Positions 36,048 through 45,821 are shown, counted from the first letter of the stretch. The stretch is DNA of 64,000 nucleotides from Bacteroidales bacterium (GCA_035541795.1 DATKMR010000001.1:3532-67531); one strand, 5' to 3'. Translations and numbers: made by a program. The notes: generated from the letters alone by a model not told the origin.

Positions 36048-37544
36048 ATGGACAGGAAAGGTAAAGCTATTATTATAGGAGCCGGCATTGGCGGCCTCGC
36101 CACAGCAATAAGGCTTGCAAAAAGCGGTTACAATGTAAGGGTGCATGAGAAAAATCATGTACCGGGCGGACGATGCGGCCAGGTAATCCATGAAGGACAC
36201 AGGTTCGACCTTGGGGCCACGATGCTTCTTATGCCGGGTGTTTACCGTGAAGTCTTTGAATCGCTGGGTATTGACTTTGAACAGGCCCTCCGACCCGAGC
36301 CCCTTCCCGAACTTTACAGGCTGTATTTTGACGATGGAAAGAAAATTTCTTTCTCGACCGACGGTAAGCTGATGGAGCAACAGCTTGAGGAGATAGAGAA
36401 AGGAAGTTCGTCAAGAGCGGCAGACTATGTAAGCGAAGGATACGGGTTTTACCGTACCGCTTCCGCAAAACTGATCGGGAGGAATTTTTACAACTTTTTT
36501 GAATTCGCCACTCCGGGCAACATTGCGATGCTTCTCAGGTTGAAAGTCTATCTTACACACCAGCAGTACATTCAAAGGTTTTTCAGGGATCCACATCTCC
36601 AGATGTCCTATACCTTCCAGAATATTTATGTTGGTCAGAGCCCGTTCGATTCCCCGGCATTCTTTTCAATGATACCTGCCATCGAGATAAAGGAAGGTTC
36701 ATTTTTCCCCAAAGGTGGAATTTACAGGATTGTCGAAACCCTTAAATCGGAAGCTGACAAATGTGGTGTTGAATTCTGTTTCGGGAGCGAGGTGAGCTCA
36801 ATATCCCTGAACGGAAGCTCCGTCAGGGGAGTCGTTCTTCAGTCGGGAGAGGCCGAGACTGCCGATGTGGTCGTTGCAAATGCAGATCTTCCCTATGTCT
36901 ATAATAACCTGCTTCCTGCCGGCTGGAGAGCAAGAAAATTGCGGAGAATGAAATATTCCTGTTCAGCAATGGTTTTTCACTGGGGCCTGGATAAAAGGTA
37001 CGATCATCTGGCTCATCATAATGTTTTTCTCTCCGACAGCTTCAGAACCGGTTTGCGTGTCATTTTCAGGGACAAGGCCGCTGATCCGTCACCAAGCTTT
37101 TACGTTCACGCACCATCGCGGTCCGATCCGGCAGCTGCACCGGCCGGAGGCGATACTCTTTCGGTTATCGTGGGCATCGGTCACCTCGATGAAAAGAAAA
37201 ACCAGGACTGGAACCTGTACCGCAAGATTACAAGGGAGGCTGTCCTTTCGAGGCTTGCAAAAGAGGGACTGACCGACATTGATGATCACATAAAGCATGA
37301 AATATGCTATAATCCCGGAACATGGGAATCGGTGTACAATGTTTCAAGGGGATCGGTTTTCGGGAGCCTGAACCATAGCCTTCTCCAGATGGGATATTTC
37401 AGGCCGCATAACAGGCACCCAAAGTATAAAAATCTTTATTTTACAGGCGGAAGCACCCACCCCGGGAACGGAATACCCCTGGTGCTGCTTTCCTCGAAAC
37501 TGACATCTGAAAGAATACTCAAGGAAGGGAACATGTCAATATGA
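36048..37544 (+). CDS. crtI: Phytoene desaturase family FAD-dependent oxidoreductase
   Basis: IIGAGIGGLATAIRLAKSGYNVRVHEKNHVPGGR dinucleotide fold and a C-terminal LYFTGGSTHPGNGIPLV motif. 498 aa. Confidence 0.87.
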   Translation: MDRKGKAIIIGAGIGGLATAIRLAKSGYNVRVHEKNHVPGGRCGQVIHEGHRFDLGATMLLMPGVYREVFESLGIDFEQALRPEPLPELYRLYFDDGKKISFSTDGKLMEQQLEEIEKGSSSRAADYVSEGYGFYRTASAKLIGRNFYNFFEFATPGNIAMLLRLKVYLTHQQYIQRFFRDPHLQMSYTFQNIYVGQSPFDSPAFFSMIPAIEIKEGSFFPKGGIYRIVETLKSEADKCGVEFCFGSEVSSISLNGSSVRGVVLQSGEAETADVVVANADLPYVYNNLLPAGWRARKLRRMKYSCSAMVFHWGLDKRYDHLAHHNVFLSDSFRTGLRVIFRDKAADPSPSFYVHAPSRSDPAAAPAGGDTLSVIVGIGHLDEKKNQDWNLYRKITREAVLSRLAKEGLTDIDDHIKHEICYNPGTWESVYNVSRGSVFGSLNHSLLQMGYFRPHNRHPKYKNLYFTGGSTHPGNGIPLVLLSSKLTSERILKEGNMSI

Positions 37545-38494
37545 TATCGCTTAAGGAGACATATCTGGATATTTATAACAGGATTGACTTTCAAAAGATA
37601 AAGGATCATCCTAATATTCTGATCGCGGCAAGCTTCTGGGAGGAGGAAAGATATCTTGCTGCCAGGACCTGTTACAAGTTCATGAGGGCCGTTGATGATC
37701 TTATCGACGATCATAAATCAGCAGGGCACAAAATTACTGATAATGACAGGCAGCAATTCATCGATTACGTCGAAAGCTGGCTGAAGATGATATTCCGGGG
37801 TGATTCGCCGGAACCTTTTCAGAAGGAGCTGACCGCGACGATCAAAAAATTCAGAATACCGTCATGGCCGCTCGAGGCCTTTGCCAGGTCGATGATTTAT
37901 GATATTTACAATGACGGATTTGCCACACTGCAGTCCTTTATCGATTATGCAGGAGGAGCTTCGGTTGCCCCTGCGGCAATATTTGTACATCTTGCGGGTG
38001 TACGAAGGGAAGGGGATCATTATTCAGAGCCTTTATTCGATGTCAGGTCCGCTGCTCTTTCCTGTGCAATATTCAGCTACCTGGTACATATTGTCCGCGA
38101 TTTCCAGAAAGATCAGCTTAATAACCTGAACTACTTTGCCGATGATATGATTGCCAGGCATGGCCTGACGAGGGAAAAGCTTGCCGCGATTGCGGGAGGC
38201 GAAAAAATACCGGATGGATTCAGGGATATGATTGCCGAATACATGGCTCTTGCGGATGAATACCGTATCAGGACACGTAACTGCATAGTTAACATATGGC
38301 CTTTTCTCGAACCGCGTTACCGCCTGAGCCTTGAGATTATCTTCGACCTCTACCTTATGGTTTATGAAAGGATCGATGTCAGGAGGTCAGGCTTTACAGC
38401 TGAGGAATTCAACCCGTCACCGGCCGAGGTTGCTGAAAGAGTTCTCGGGGTAATTCATAACTCGGCTACACTCACCGACAAACCCCTCCTATGA
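37541..38494 (+). CDS. crtB: Phytoene/squalene synthase family protein (divergent CrtB-like)
   Basis: First Asp-rich motif is YKFMRAVDDLIDD. The central region is LEAFARSMIYDI...FIDYAGGASVAPAAIF. The second motif is VRDFQKDQLNNLNYF (DxxxD kept, surroundings atypical). ATGA overlap with the crtI stop. Confidence 0.78.
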   Translation: MISLKETYLDIYNRIDFQKIKDHPNILIAASFWEEERYLAARTCYKFMRAVDDLIDDHKSAGHKITDNDRQQFIDYVESWLKMIFRGDSPEPFQKELTATIKKFRIPSWPLEAFARSMIYDIYNDGFATLQSFIDYAGGASVAPAAIFVHLAGVRREGDHYSEPLFDVRSAALSCAIFSYLVHIVRDFQKDQLNNLNYFADDMIARHGLTREKLAAIAGGEKIPDGFRDMIAEYMALADEYRIRTRNCIVNIWPFLEPRYRLSLEIIFDLYLMVYERIDVRRSGFTAEEFNPSPAEVAERVLGVIHNSATLTDKPLL

Positions 38495-41142
38495 ATATAT
38501 TTTTACACCATCTGCTGAAAAGGAAATCATTTTATTTAATCACACCTGTTTTTACAATTCTGTCTGCCGCAGTATCAGCGCAGCAGGATACTCTTAAAGG
38601 CAAAGGCCCCTTATCGCAGCCTGTGTACGTCACTTCACGTCTTACCACTGCCAGGCCGGTAATCGACGGCAAGCTCGACGATCCGTGCTGGAAGACAGGA
38701 GACTGGGCAAGCGACTGGACCCAGAGCATTCCAAACGAGGGTGGAAAACCGACTTACCGGACAGACATGATGATTCTTTACGACGACCGGAACCTCTATG
38801 TTGCTTTCAGGGCACACGACAGTGAACCGAAGAAAATTAAAAGACTCGCCGGGGTGAGAGATGAATTTATGGGCGATATCGTGGGAATTAATTTTGACAG
38901 TTACCGCGATTACAGGACCGGGTTTGAATTTAACCTGACTGCATGGGGGCAGAAAATAGACCTGATCCTTTTCAATCCCGACAACTGGGATGTGAACTGG
39001 CAAGCCGTCTGGAAAGGAAGGGTCGGCATGGAAGATTCGGCATGGGTTGCAGAGTTTGAGATCCCTTTCAGCCAGCTGAGGTACAGTAACAGGGATGAGC
39101 AGGTATGGGGCCTTCATACATGGAGGGCAATTTCAAGGATGAATGAAGAGGATAACTGGGAAAAGCAGACAAAAACAGGTCCGGGCATAATGTACAATTT
39201 CGGTGAGCTCAGGGGGATTAAGGGCCTGAAAAAAAGCCATCGCCTTGAGATACTGCCATATTCCCTGGGATCGCTTGAGACGATGAAAAAGACTGCAGGT
39301 GATCCTTTTACAGAAAACGGACGGTCGTGGAGCGGCAAGCTTGGTCTCGACGCAAAAATTGGCATATCAAGCAATTTCACGCTCGATCTTACTGTGAACC
39401 CCGACTTCGGGCAGGTGGAATCTGATCCGTCTGTGATGAACCTGACGGCATTTGAAACCTTTTACCAGGAAAAACGGCCGTTTTTCCTGGAGGGCCTCAC
39501 AATTTTCAATTATGATTTTGACGATCAGAAGATATTTTATTCACGGCGCATAGGGCACGCACCATCCTACGCATTGCAGGGGAACGATTCACTTTTTGTC
39601 AAATCACCGGCGATGACTACCATCTGGAGTGCTGCAAAATTCAGCGGTACCACATCAAAAGGATTATCTGTCGGCCTTGTGCAAAGTATTACGGGCCCTG
39701 AATATGCCAGGGTAAGCGATAATCACGGCAACACGGGTACCCGCAAAGTCGAACCGCTTACCAGTTACACCGTGGCCAGGATACAAAAGGGATATAATGC
39801 CGGAACAACGGTATTAGGTGGCATCTTCACCTCCACCAACAGGATCGGCAATGATGGCGGCCTCGATTTCCTTACATCAAATGCTTTTACAGGCGGGCTG
39901 GATCTTATTCACCGTTGGAGAAATAACAAGTATTTTATTGATGCCAGGTTACTTGGAAGCTTCGTCGAAGGTGGCACAAAATCCATTACTGTCCTTCAGG
40001 AATCCTCGGCAAGATATTTCCAGAGACCTGGCGCCGGATATCTTCATTTCGATACTGCCAGGACAAGCCTCAGCGGGTCGGGAGGCAAGTTTTTCATAGG
40101 AAGAGGATCGGGTCTCTGGAGATATAATACAGGCGTTTCGTGGCTTACCCCGGGACTGGAACTGAATGACCTGGGTTATATGACAACTGTAGACCAGGTT
40201 AAGCAGACAAATGAAATTTCCTACTTTGTAAATCATTCTGTTTCAATATTCCGGACATACAGCCTGAAGCTTGATGAGACAAATTCATGGAATTTCAACG
40301 GGACCTACCAGGGGTCGGCCGCTATCTTCACGGGAAGCTTTGACTTTAAAAATCAATGGAGCTTCCTTTCCAATATCAGTTACTACAATTCAGCTGTTGA
40401 TCCGAGAAGGCTAAGGGGAGGATATGATTTCAGGATGCCCTCGGCCCTTATGCTGACAGGTACTGTTACCACCGACCAGTCGAAGAGAATTACCGGTGGA
40501 CTGATTTATAATTATAAGCACTATGGAAGCGGGTCGGGCAGGGTAAATTCAATTGCACCTTCCCTGAGCGTACGCCCGCTGATGATGCTTAAGCTGAGCG
40601 TGTCGGCTGTTTATGAAACCAACCAGGATGCCCTCCAGTTTGTTGCAACAGAAAATACTCCCACCGGTGTAAAATCGGTCCTCGGAAGGATTGATCAGCA
40701 GACACTCGGACTGACGTTCAGGGCCGACCTGAATATTACCCCTCAATTCTCTGTCCAATACTACGGAAGCCCTTTTGTTTCGAAAGGAACATTCGGTGAA
40801 TTCAAAAAAGTGACAAACCCAAGGGCCCCTGATTATGCTGACCGGTTCGAGATATTCAATCCGTTACTCCAAAATTCAAATTATACCTACGATGAAAACC
40901 ATGACGGGATTCCCGAGATCACTTTTGGAAACCCCGATTTCAATTTCCACCAGTTCAGATCAAACCTGGTAGCAAAGTGGGAGTACAGGCTTGGATCCTT
41001 CATTTACCTGGTATGGTCGAGCGACAGGACCGAAACACTTCCTGACCCTGGCGTGTCGCTTGGCGAATCCATTAAACAGCTAAGGAAGATAATTCCCAAC
41101 AATGTGTTCCTTATAAAACTCAATTACTGGTTTTCGTTGTAA
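38491..41142 (+). CDS. Secreted CBM9-like / DUF5916-type protein (predicted outer-membrane-associated)
   Basis: Signal peptide (ITPVFTILSAAVSAQQ). CBM9-like N-terminus (PVIDGKLDDPCWKTGDWASDW...YVAFRAHD). A beta-rich body of about 600 aa ends in the aromatic terminus ...IKLNYWFSL, which is typical of OM beta-barrels. ATGA overlap with the crtB stop. Confidence 0.65.
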   Translation: MNIFLHHLLKRKSFYLITPVFTILSAAVSAQQDTLKGKGPLSQPVYVTSRLTTARPVIDGKLDDPCWKTGDWASDWTQSIPNEGGKPTYRTDMMILYDDRNLYVAFRAHDSEPKKIKRLAGVRDEFMGDIVGINFDSYRDYRTGFEFNLTAWGQKIDLILFNPDNWDVNWQAVWKGRVGMEDSAWVAEFEIPFSQLRYSNRDEQVWGLHTWRAISRMNEEDNWEKQTKTGPGIMYNFGELRGIKGLKKSHRLEILPYSLGSLETMKKTAGDPFTENGRSWSGKLGLDAKIGISSNFTLDLTVNPDFGQVESDPSVMNLTAFETFYQEKRPFFLEGLTIFNYDFDDQKIFYSRRIGHAPSYALQGNDSLFVKSPAMTTIWSAAKFSGTTSKGLSVGLVQSITGPEYARVSDNHGNTGTRKVEPLTSYTVARIQKGYNAGTTVLGGIFTSTNRIGNDGGLDFLTSNAFTGGLDLIHRWRNNKYFIDARLLGSFVEGGTKSITVLQESSARYFQRPGAGYLHFDTARTSLSGSGGKFFIGRGSGLWRYNTGVSWLTPGLELNDLGYMTTVDQVKQTNEISYFVNHSVSIFRTYSLKLDETNSWNFNGTYQGSAAIFTGSFDFKNQWSFLSNISYYNSAVDPRRLRGGYDFRMPSALMLTGTVTTDQSKRITGGLIYNYKHYGSGSGRVNSIAPSLSVRPLMMLKLSVSAVYETNQDALQFVATENTPTGVKSVLGRIDQQTLGLTFRADLNITPQFSVQYYGSPFVSKGTFGEFKKVTNPRAPDYADRFEIFNPLLQNSNYTYDENHDGIPEITFGNPDFNFHQFRSNLVAKWEYRLGSFIYLVWSSDRTETLPDPGVSLGESIKQLRKIIPNNVFLIKLNYWFSL

Positions 41143-41177
41143 ATTTACATTTGATCGCAGAAACCGCAGGCTGCCTT

Positions 41178-41741
41178 ATGTATATATATTTGATCCTGCT
41201 GCTACTGGGCTTCGGCTCGAATCTTGCCAGCTCCTTTACCTCATGGTATTCGGAGAAATTTGGCAGGCAGGCCGGAACTTTTATCACCATCCTTCTTCGT
41301 GACATATTCGGCATACCTGTATGGGCAGGCGGCTTTGTTGTTGCTGTCAACGCGGGCGGTGTTTTGATGATCGGCCGGGGAATACCTGAAAAAATTGCCG
41401 CGTGGTTGTTTCTCCTTGCAGGGGCGGCTGTAATTATTATTGCCCTTCTCAGTATAAGGATCAGGGCAGCGGCACCTTCAACAGGCGATCGACTGGTAAG
41501 TAATGGAATATATTCCCTGGTAAGGCACCCTATCCATTGCGGGACATTCCTTGAATTTATTGGAATCTTTTTATTCTGGCCTTCACTTCACGTTGCAATC
41601 TCATGCCTTGCCGGAACACTATGGATCGTCATTCAGTCGAAGTTTGAAGAATCCGACCTTAAACGGAGGATTCCTGAATACGAGGACTATATAAAGAACG
41701 TACCTGCATTTTTCCCCAGGATCCACGCAAAGACCACCTGA
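41178..41741 (+). CDS. Isoprenylcysteine carboxyl methyltransferase (ICMT/PEMT)-family membrane methyltransferase
   Basis: Four to five TM helices and the C-terminal motif LVSNGIYSLVRHPIHCGTFLEFIG...E...L...PEY..Y. Start at MYIYLIL (41178); TTG 41151 is also possible. Confidence 0.75.
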   Translation: MYIYLILLLLGFGSNLASSFTSWYSEKFGRQAGTFITILLRDIFGIPVWAGGFVVAVNAGGVLMIGRGIPEKIAAWLFLLAGAAVIIIALLSIRIRAAAPSTGDRLVSNGIYSLVRHPIHCGTFLEFIGIFLFWPSLHVAISCLAGTLWIVIQSKFEESDLKRRIPEYEDYIKNVPAFFPRIHAKTT

Positions 41742-41863
41742 GTTTTCAGGCGGATGAAATCTGCCAGTCTGTACTTAAATATCCTCCTTTTGTCTAATTT
41801 CTTTTGATTCGCCTGCAACATAAACTTACTTTAATTGCGTTTATGCGTTAAAACAGGGAATTA

Positions 41864-44800
41864 ATGGGGAAAATAAATTCTACTCTCTTTTGGAGAAAAG
41901 GAGCTTTATTCCTTTTCATTGTTTTTTGTTTGACAGGCCGGGAGAAAATTCTTGGCCAGTATAACGAGTATTCATTCAATACTCCGGGCAATGTCTGTTA
42001 CCTGAAATATATTACTCTTACACCCGACACATCCGACAAGTCAATTAAACGACCATTTATCTTCATTCTTGGAAAGGAGAATGAATCGGCACTGGATGTG
42101 ATGAAGGGTGATACGCTAAAAACTTCCAGGAACTTTTTTAATTATGAGTTTATCTACCTTCCAAACCCGGGAGAAAACGCCAGGAAGAAGCTGCAGTGCA
42201 TCCCTTCCATTTCGAGTCTTGTTACGGATGATTACAGGTACGGAAAAGTGAATCTCTTCCTGAAGGTGAATGACGACAGTATCACCGGTGATGACATTAA
42301 GGAATACAGGCTGAATGCAATCTTCAGGAAGGTAAGGCTTAAATCGGAAGACAGGGCCCTTGTGGCGGCAGCAGAAACCAAGACTTCGCTTCTCGACGAT
42401 TTCAAGGAAAAATTTGTACAGTACGAACCCATAAAGAAGGAGGAGACGGCAATATTCTATACCGAACCCGACAGTCTTGATAACTCCGGTGATGAGGGAG
42501 GTGATATAAAGCCGGTTAAGACGTACACTGGACCGCCTGTTAAATCGAAATTCACCATCACAGGTGTGGTCAAGGATAAAATCACGGGAGAAAGACTGCC
42601 TTTTGCCACGGTAACCATACTCGGGACGACGCTCGGAACCACGACAAACAACGACGGATACTTCACACTGTTAAAAGTACCGACAGACACAAGCACCATA
42701 GTTGTCCAGTATGTAGGGTATGAAAAATGGAACGTCTTTCTAACTCCGTCATCTCCCCTTACAAATATGATAATTGAACTGAAGGCATATTCGCAGCGGC
42801 TGCAGGGCGTAACGGTAACAGCCCACAGGAACGAGGTAGCCATGGCAAACAAGGAAAACATAAGCCTGATAAAAATAACTCCTAAAAAGCTCGAGGAGCT
42901 GCCTGGTCTGGGTGAAAGAGACATAATGAGGTCGTTCCAGCTGATGCCCGGAATCAGTGCATCCAACGAGTCATCTTCCGGCCTGTACGTCAGGGGAGGG
43001 ACGCCGGATCAGAACCTAATAATATATGATGGTTTCACGGTGTACCATGTCGATCACCTGTATGGCTTTTTCAGTGCCTTCAACTCAAATGCTCTAAAGG
43101 ATGTGCAGCTATACAAGGGAGGATTTGAGTCGAAGTTTGGAGGGAGGCTCTCCAGTGTCACCGAGATAACCGGTAAGGATGGAAACCAGAAAAGATTCAA
43201 TGTAGGGGGCGATATAAGCCTTCTGAGTGCAAATGTTTATGTTGAAGCACCGGTTGGCGACAAAATCACAACAATGTTTGCTTTCCGCAGGTCATACCAG
43301 GGACCGATTTATGACGCTATCTTCAAGAAGTTCAACAGCAGCGCAGATACCCGGGTCCTGGCTCCTTCAGGCTCAGGGGCATTCAGGAGACCATTGGAAT
43401 CAAACAGCCTCACATCATATTTCTACGACCTGAACGGCAAAATAACATACCATCCCACCGATAAGGATATTGTTACACTTTCAATTTTCAACGGTACCGA
43501 TAAACTCGACAACGGAATATCAAATTCCTTTGGTTCATTCGGGACTTTTAACAGGGATTTCAGCATGCAAAACACCGACCTGACGAAATACGGGAATATA
43601 GGTGGCAGCTTCCGCTGGTCAAGAAAATGGAGCGACAAGCTTTACGGGAACACAGTTCTCAGCTATTCGAAATATTACAGCACCAGAGACCGGTCGTCAC
43701 AGAGAGTCACGGTTAACTCCAGCAATGAAACAGTTACCACGAACCAGGGTATTTTCGAAAATAACCACCTGCGCGACTATAGCCTGAAATCGGATTACAG
43801 ATACGACCTTACCTCATCGAACCAGATCCAGTTCGGAGTCTTCGCAACCTGGTACGATATAAAGTACACCTATGCACAGAATGATACATCCACGCTTATT
43901 GACCGCCACGACAATGGCCTTCTGACAGGTCTGTACCTCCAGGATGACATCAAGCTGCTTAAAGACAGGATGCACATTGTTCCCGGGATCAGGTCGAACT
44001 TTTACGGGGTGACAGGAAGGTTTTATGCCGAACCAAGGGCTTCTGTAACCTATTCACTTTCCGAAAAGGTGACCCTTAAAGGTTCAACCGGCAAATATTA
44101 CCAGTTTGCAAACAGGGTAACCAGGGAGGATATCCTGTCGGGAAGCAGGGATTTCTGGGTGTTGTCTGACGGTTCCCAGATTCCGGTCAGCTCGGCGGTT
44201 CACTTCATAGCCGGGATCTCGTACGAGAACAATGATTACATTTTCAGCGCAGAGGGTTATTATAAATCCCTTAAGGACATAACGGAAAATTCACTCAGGA
44301 TAAATTCGAGCCCTGCCGGTGTGAGCTATAACCAGAGCTTCTTTTCTGGATACGGGTACTCGCAGGGGATTGAATTTCTCGCGCAGCGGAAGAGCGGTAA
44401 CCTGAACGGTTGGATTTGCTATACAATCGGGCAGGCAAGGAATCATTTCACAGAATATTCCGATACATATTATCCGGCCGACCAGGATGTGACTCATGAA
44501 ATCAAAGTTGTTACCATGTATAAATGGAAGAGATTTGATTTTTCCGCGAACTTCATCTATGCAACCGGGAGGCCATATACGGCTCCTTCAGGTGCCTACA
44601 GCATAAAGCTCCTGGACGGATCCTCAAGAGACTTCTTCACGGTAACATCCAAAAACTCGCTTCGCCTTCCCGACTATAACAGGCTAGATGTCTCGGCAAC
44701 TTATAAGCTTCTGGCAGGGTGGCGTGGTGAGAAGAGAAGGAGGGAGATCGGTTACATAGGCATTTCAATCTTCAACCTGTACAATCACAAGAACGTGTGG

Positions 44801-44899
44801 TACAAGCAATATGCTATACAGGACGGTTCAATTATCGAGACTAACATCAACTATCTCGGCATTACCCCTAACATCACACTTTCATTAAAACTACGGTAA
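41864..44899 (+). CDS. TonB-dependent receptor (CarboxypepD_reg + Plug + barrel) with an unrecognised N-terminal extension of about 200 aa
   Basis: Signal peptide, then aa 32-228 of unknown type. CarboxypepD_reg follows (FTITGVVKDKITGERLPFATVTILGT..TTNNDGYFTL). The plug reads DIMRSFQLMPGISA...GLYVRGGTPDQNLIIYDGFTVY. A long beta-barrel ends ...TPNITLSLKLR. Confidence 0.87.
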   Translation: MGKINSTLFWRKGALFLFIVFCLTGREKILGQYNEYSFNTPGNVCYLKYITLTPDTSDKSIKRPFIFILGKENESALDVMKGDTLKTSRNFFNYEFIYLPNPGENARKKLQCIPSISSLVTDDYRYGKVNLFLKVNDDSITGDDIKEYRLNAIFRKVRLKSEDRALVAAAETKTSLLDDFKEKFVQYEPIKKEETAIFYTEPDSLDNSGDEGGDIKPVKTYTGPPVKSKFTITGVVKDKITGERLPFATVTILGTTLGTTTNNDGYFTLLKVPTDTSTIVVQYVGYEKWNVFLTPSSPLTNMIIELKAYSQRLQGVTVTAHRNEVAMANKENISLIKITPKKLEELPGLGERDIMRSFQLMPGISASNESSSGLYVRGGTPDQNLIIYDGFTVYHVDHLYGFFSAFNSNALKDVQLYKGGFESKFGGRLSSVTEITGKDGNQKRFNVGGDISLLSANVYVEAPVGDKITTMFAFRRSYQGPIYDAIFKKFNSSADTRVLAPSGSGAFRRPLESNSLTSYFYDLNGKITYHPTDKDIVTLSIFNGTDKLDNGISNSFGSFGTFNRDFSMQNTDLTKYGNIGGSFRWSRKWSDKLYGNTVLSYSKYYSTRDRSSQRVTVNSSNETVTTNQGIFENNHLRDYSLKSDYRYDLTSSNQIQFGVFATWYDIKYTYAQNDTSTLIDRHDNGLLTGLYLQDDIKLLKDRMHIVPGIRSNFYGVTGRFYAEPRASVTYSLSEKVTLKGSTGKYYQFANRVTREDILSGSRDFWVLSDGSQIPVSSAVHFIAGISYENNDYIFSAEGYYKSLKDITENSLRINSSPAGVSYNQSFFSGYGYSQGIEFLAQRKSGNLNGWICYTIGQARNHFTEYSDTYYPADQDVTHEIKVVTMYKWKRFDFSANFIYATGRPYTAPSGAYSIKLLDGSSRDFFTVTSKNSLRLPDYNRLDVSATYKLLAGWRGEKRRREIGYIGISIFNLYNHKNVWYKQYAIQDGSIIETNINYLGITPNITLSLKLR

Positions 44900-44900
44900 A

Positions 44901-45713
44901 ATGGAAAGACTTTCGGTAATTATAATTCTGCTGCCACTGTTACTGGCTTCCTGTGTCAAGCACAGCCAGCCATTCACCGATACCCCTATCATTGAATCCT
45001 ATCTCTCTCCCGGCTCACACCCCGTGGTGAAGATTTACAGGCAGATTCCCTTTGAACCGGACGTGACCTATTCATCCGACGATGTCAACAATCTGGCAGT
45101 TAGTCTCAGGTACGGAGATAAGAATTTAACCCTGCTTCCCATCGGTGACAGTTTGTATTCCGATACCAGCAACGTAATCGAGGATGCAACAAAGTACACT
45201 CTTTCTTTCAGGTTCAACTCAAAGGACGTCACAGCCTACACGACCGTGCCATCGAAGCCTGAGGAGTTTACAGAATCTGTTAATGTTATTGCCGTTCAAA
45301 AGCTTGACAGCACTTCATTTCCATCCCAGGGATCAGAGCCTGACCCGGTTGTCCTTAGCTGGAAGAATACCGACACTACTTACTATATAGTTGTTGTGGA
45401 GAACATCGAAACGGTGCTCAACCCTGTGAGGGACTTTGGAACCGGTACGGCACCACCCAACATGTTTCGTGAAAGACCCACCACCGCCTCAGGTCTCGAA
45501 CTTCGGGCGCAGGAGTTCAGATACTTCGGCAAACACAGGATAATACTCTTTCATGTTCAGCCAGATTATGCTTCACTTTATGAAAATAACGGTGTTACCA
45601 GTTCGCAGAACCTTACAAACCCATCTACCAGTATAACTAATGGCTATGGAATTTTCACGGGTCTTAATGCGGATACACTTTATTTACAGGTGAATCAGAA
45701 CATACTGAAGTAG
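44901..45713 (+). CDS. Lipoprotein, DUF4249-like
   Basis: Lipobox LLLASC. C-terminal ITNGYGIFTGLNADTLYLQV resembles the DUF4249 C-terminus. Its start lies 1 nt after the receptor stop. Confidence 0.55.
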   Translation: MERLSVIIILLPLLLASCVKHSQPFTDTPIIESYLSPGSHPVVKIYRQIPFEPDVTYSSDDVNNLAVSLRYGDKNLTLLPIGDSLYSDTSNVIEDATKYTLSFRFNSKDVTAYTTVPSKPEEFTESVNVIAVQKLDSTSFPSQGSEPDPVVLSWKNTDTTYYIVVVENIETVLNPVRDFGTGTAPPNMFRERPTTASGLELRAQEFRYFGKHRIILFHVQPDYASLYENNGVTSSQNLTNPSTSITNGYGIFTGLNADTLYLQVNQNILK

Positions 45714-45821
45714 CCTTAAGGGGGAAGATTACATAAATCGCTTTTCCCAGGCCGATGCCTGCCTTTCTCAGAGAGGGTATGTTCTGTTTCGGAATAATAC
45801 GAACTATTTTAAAAACTATCT

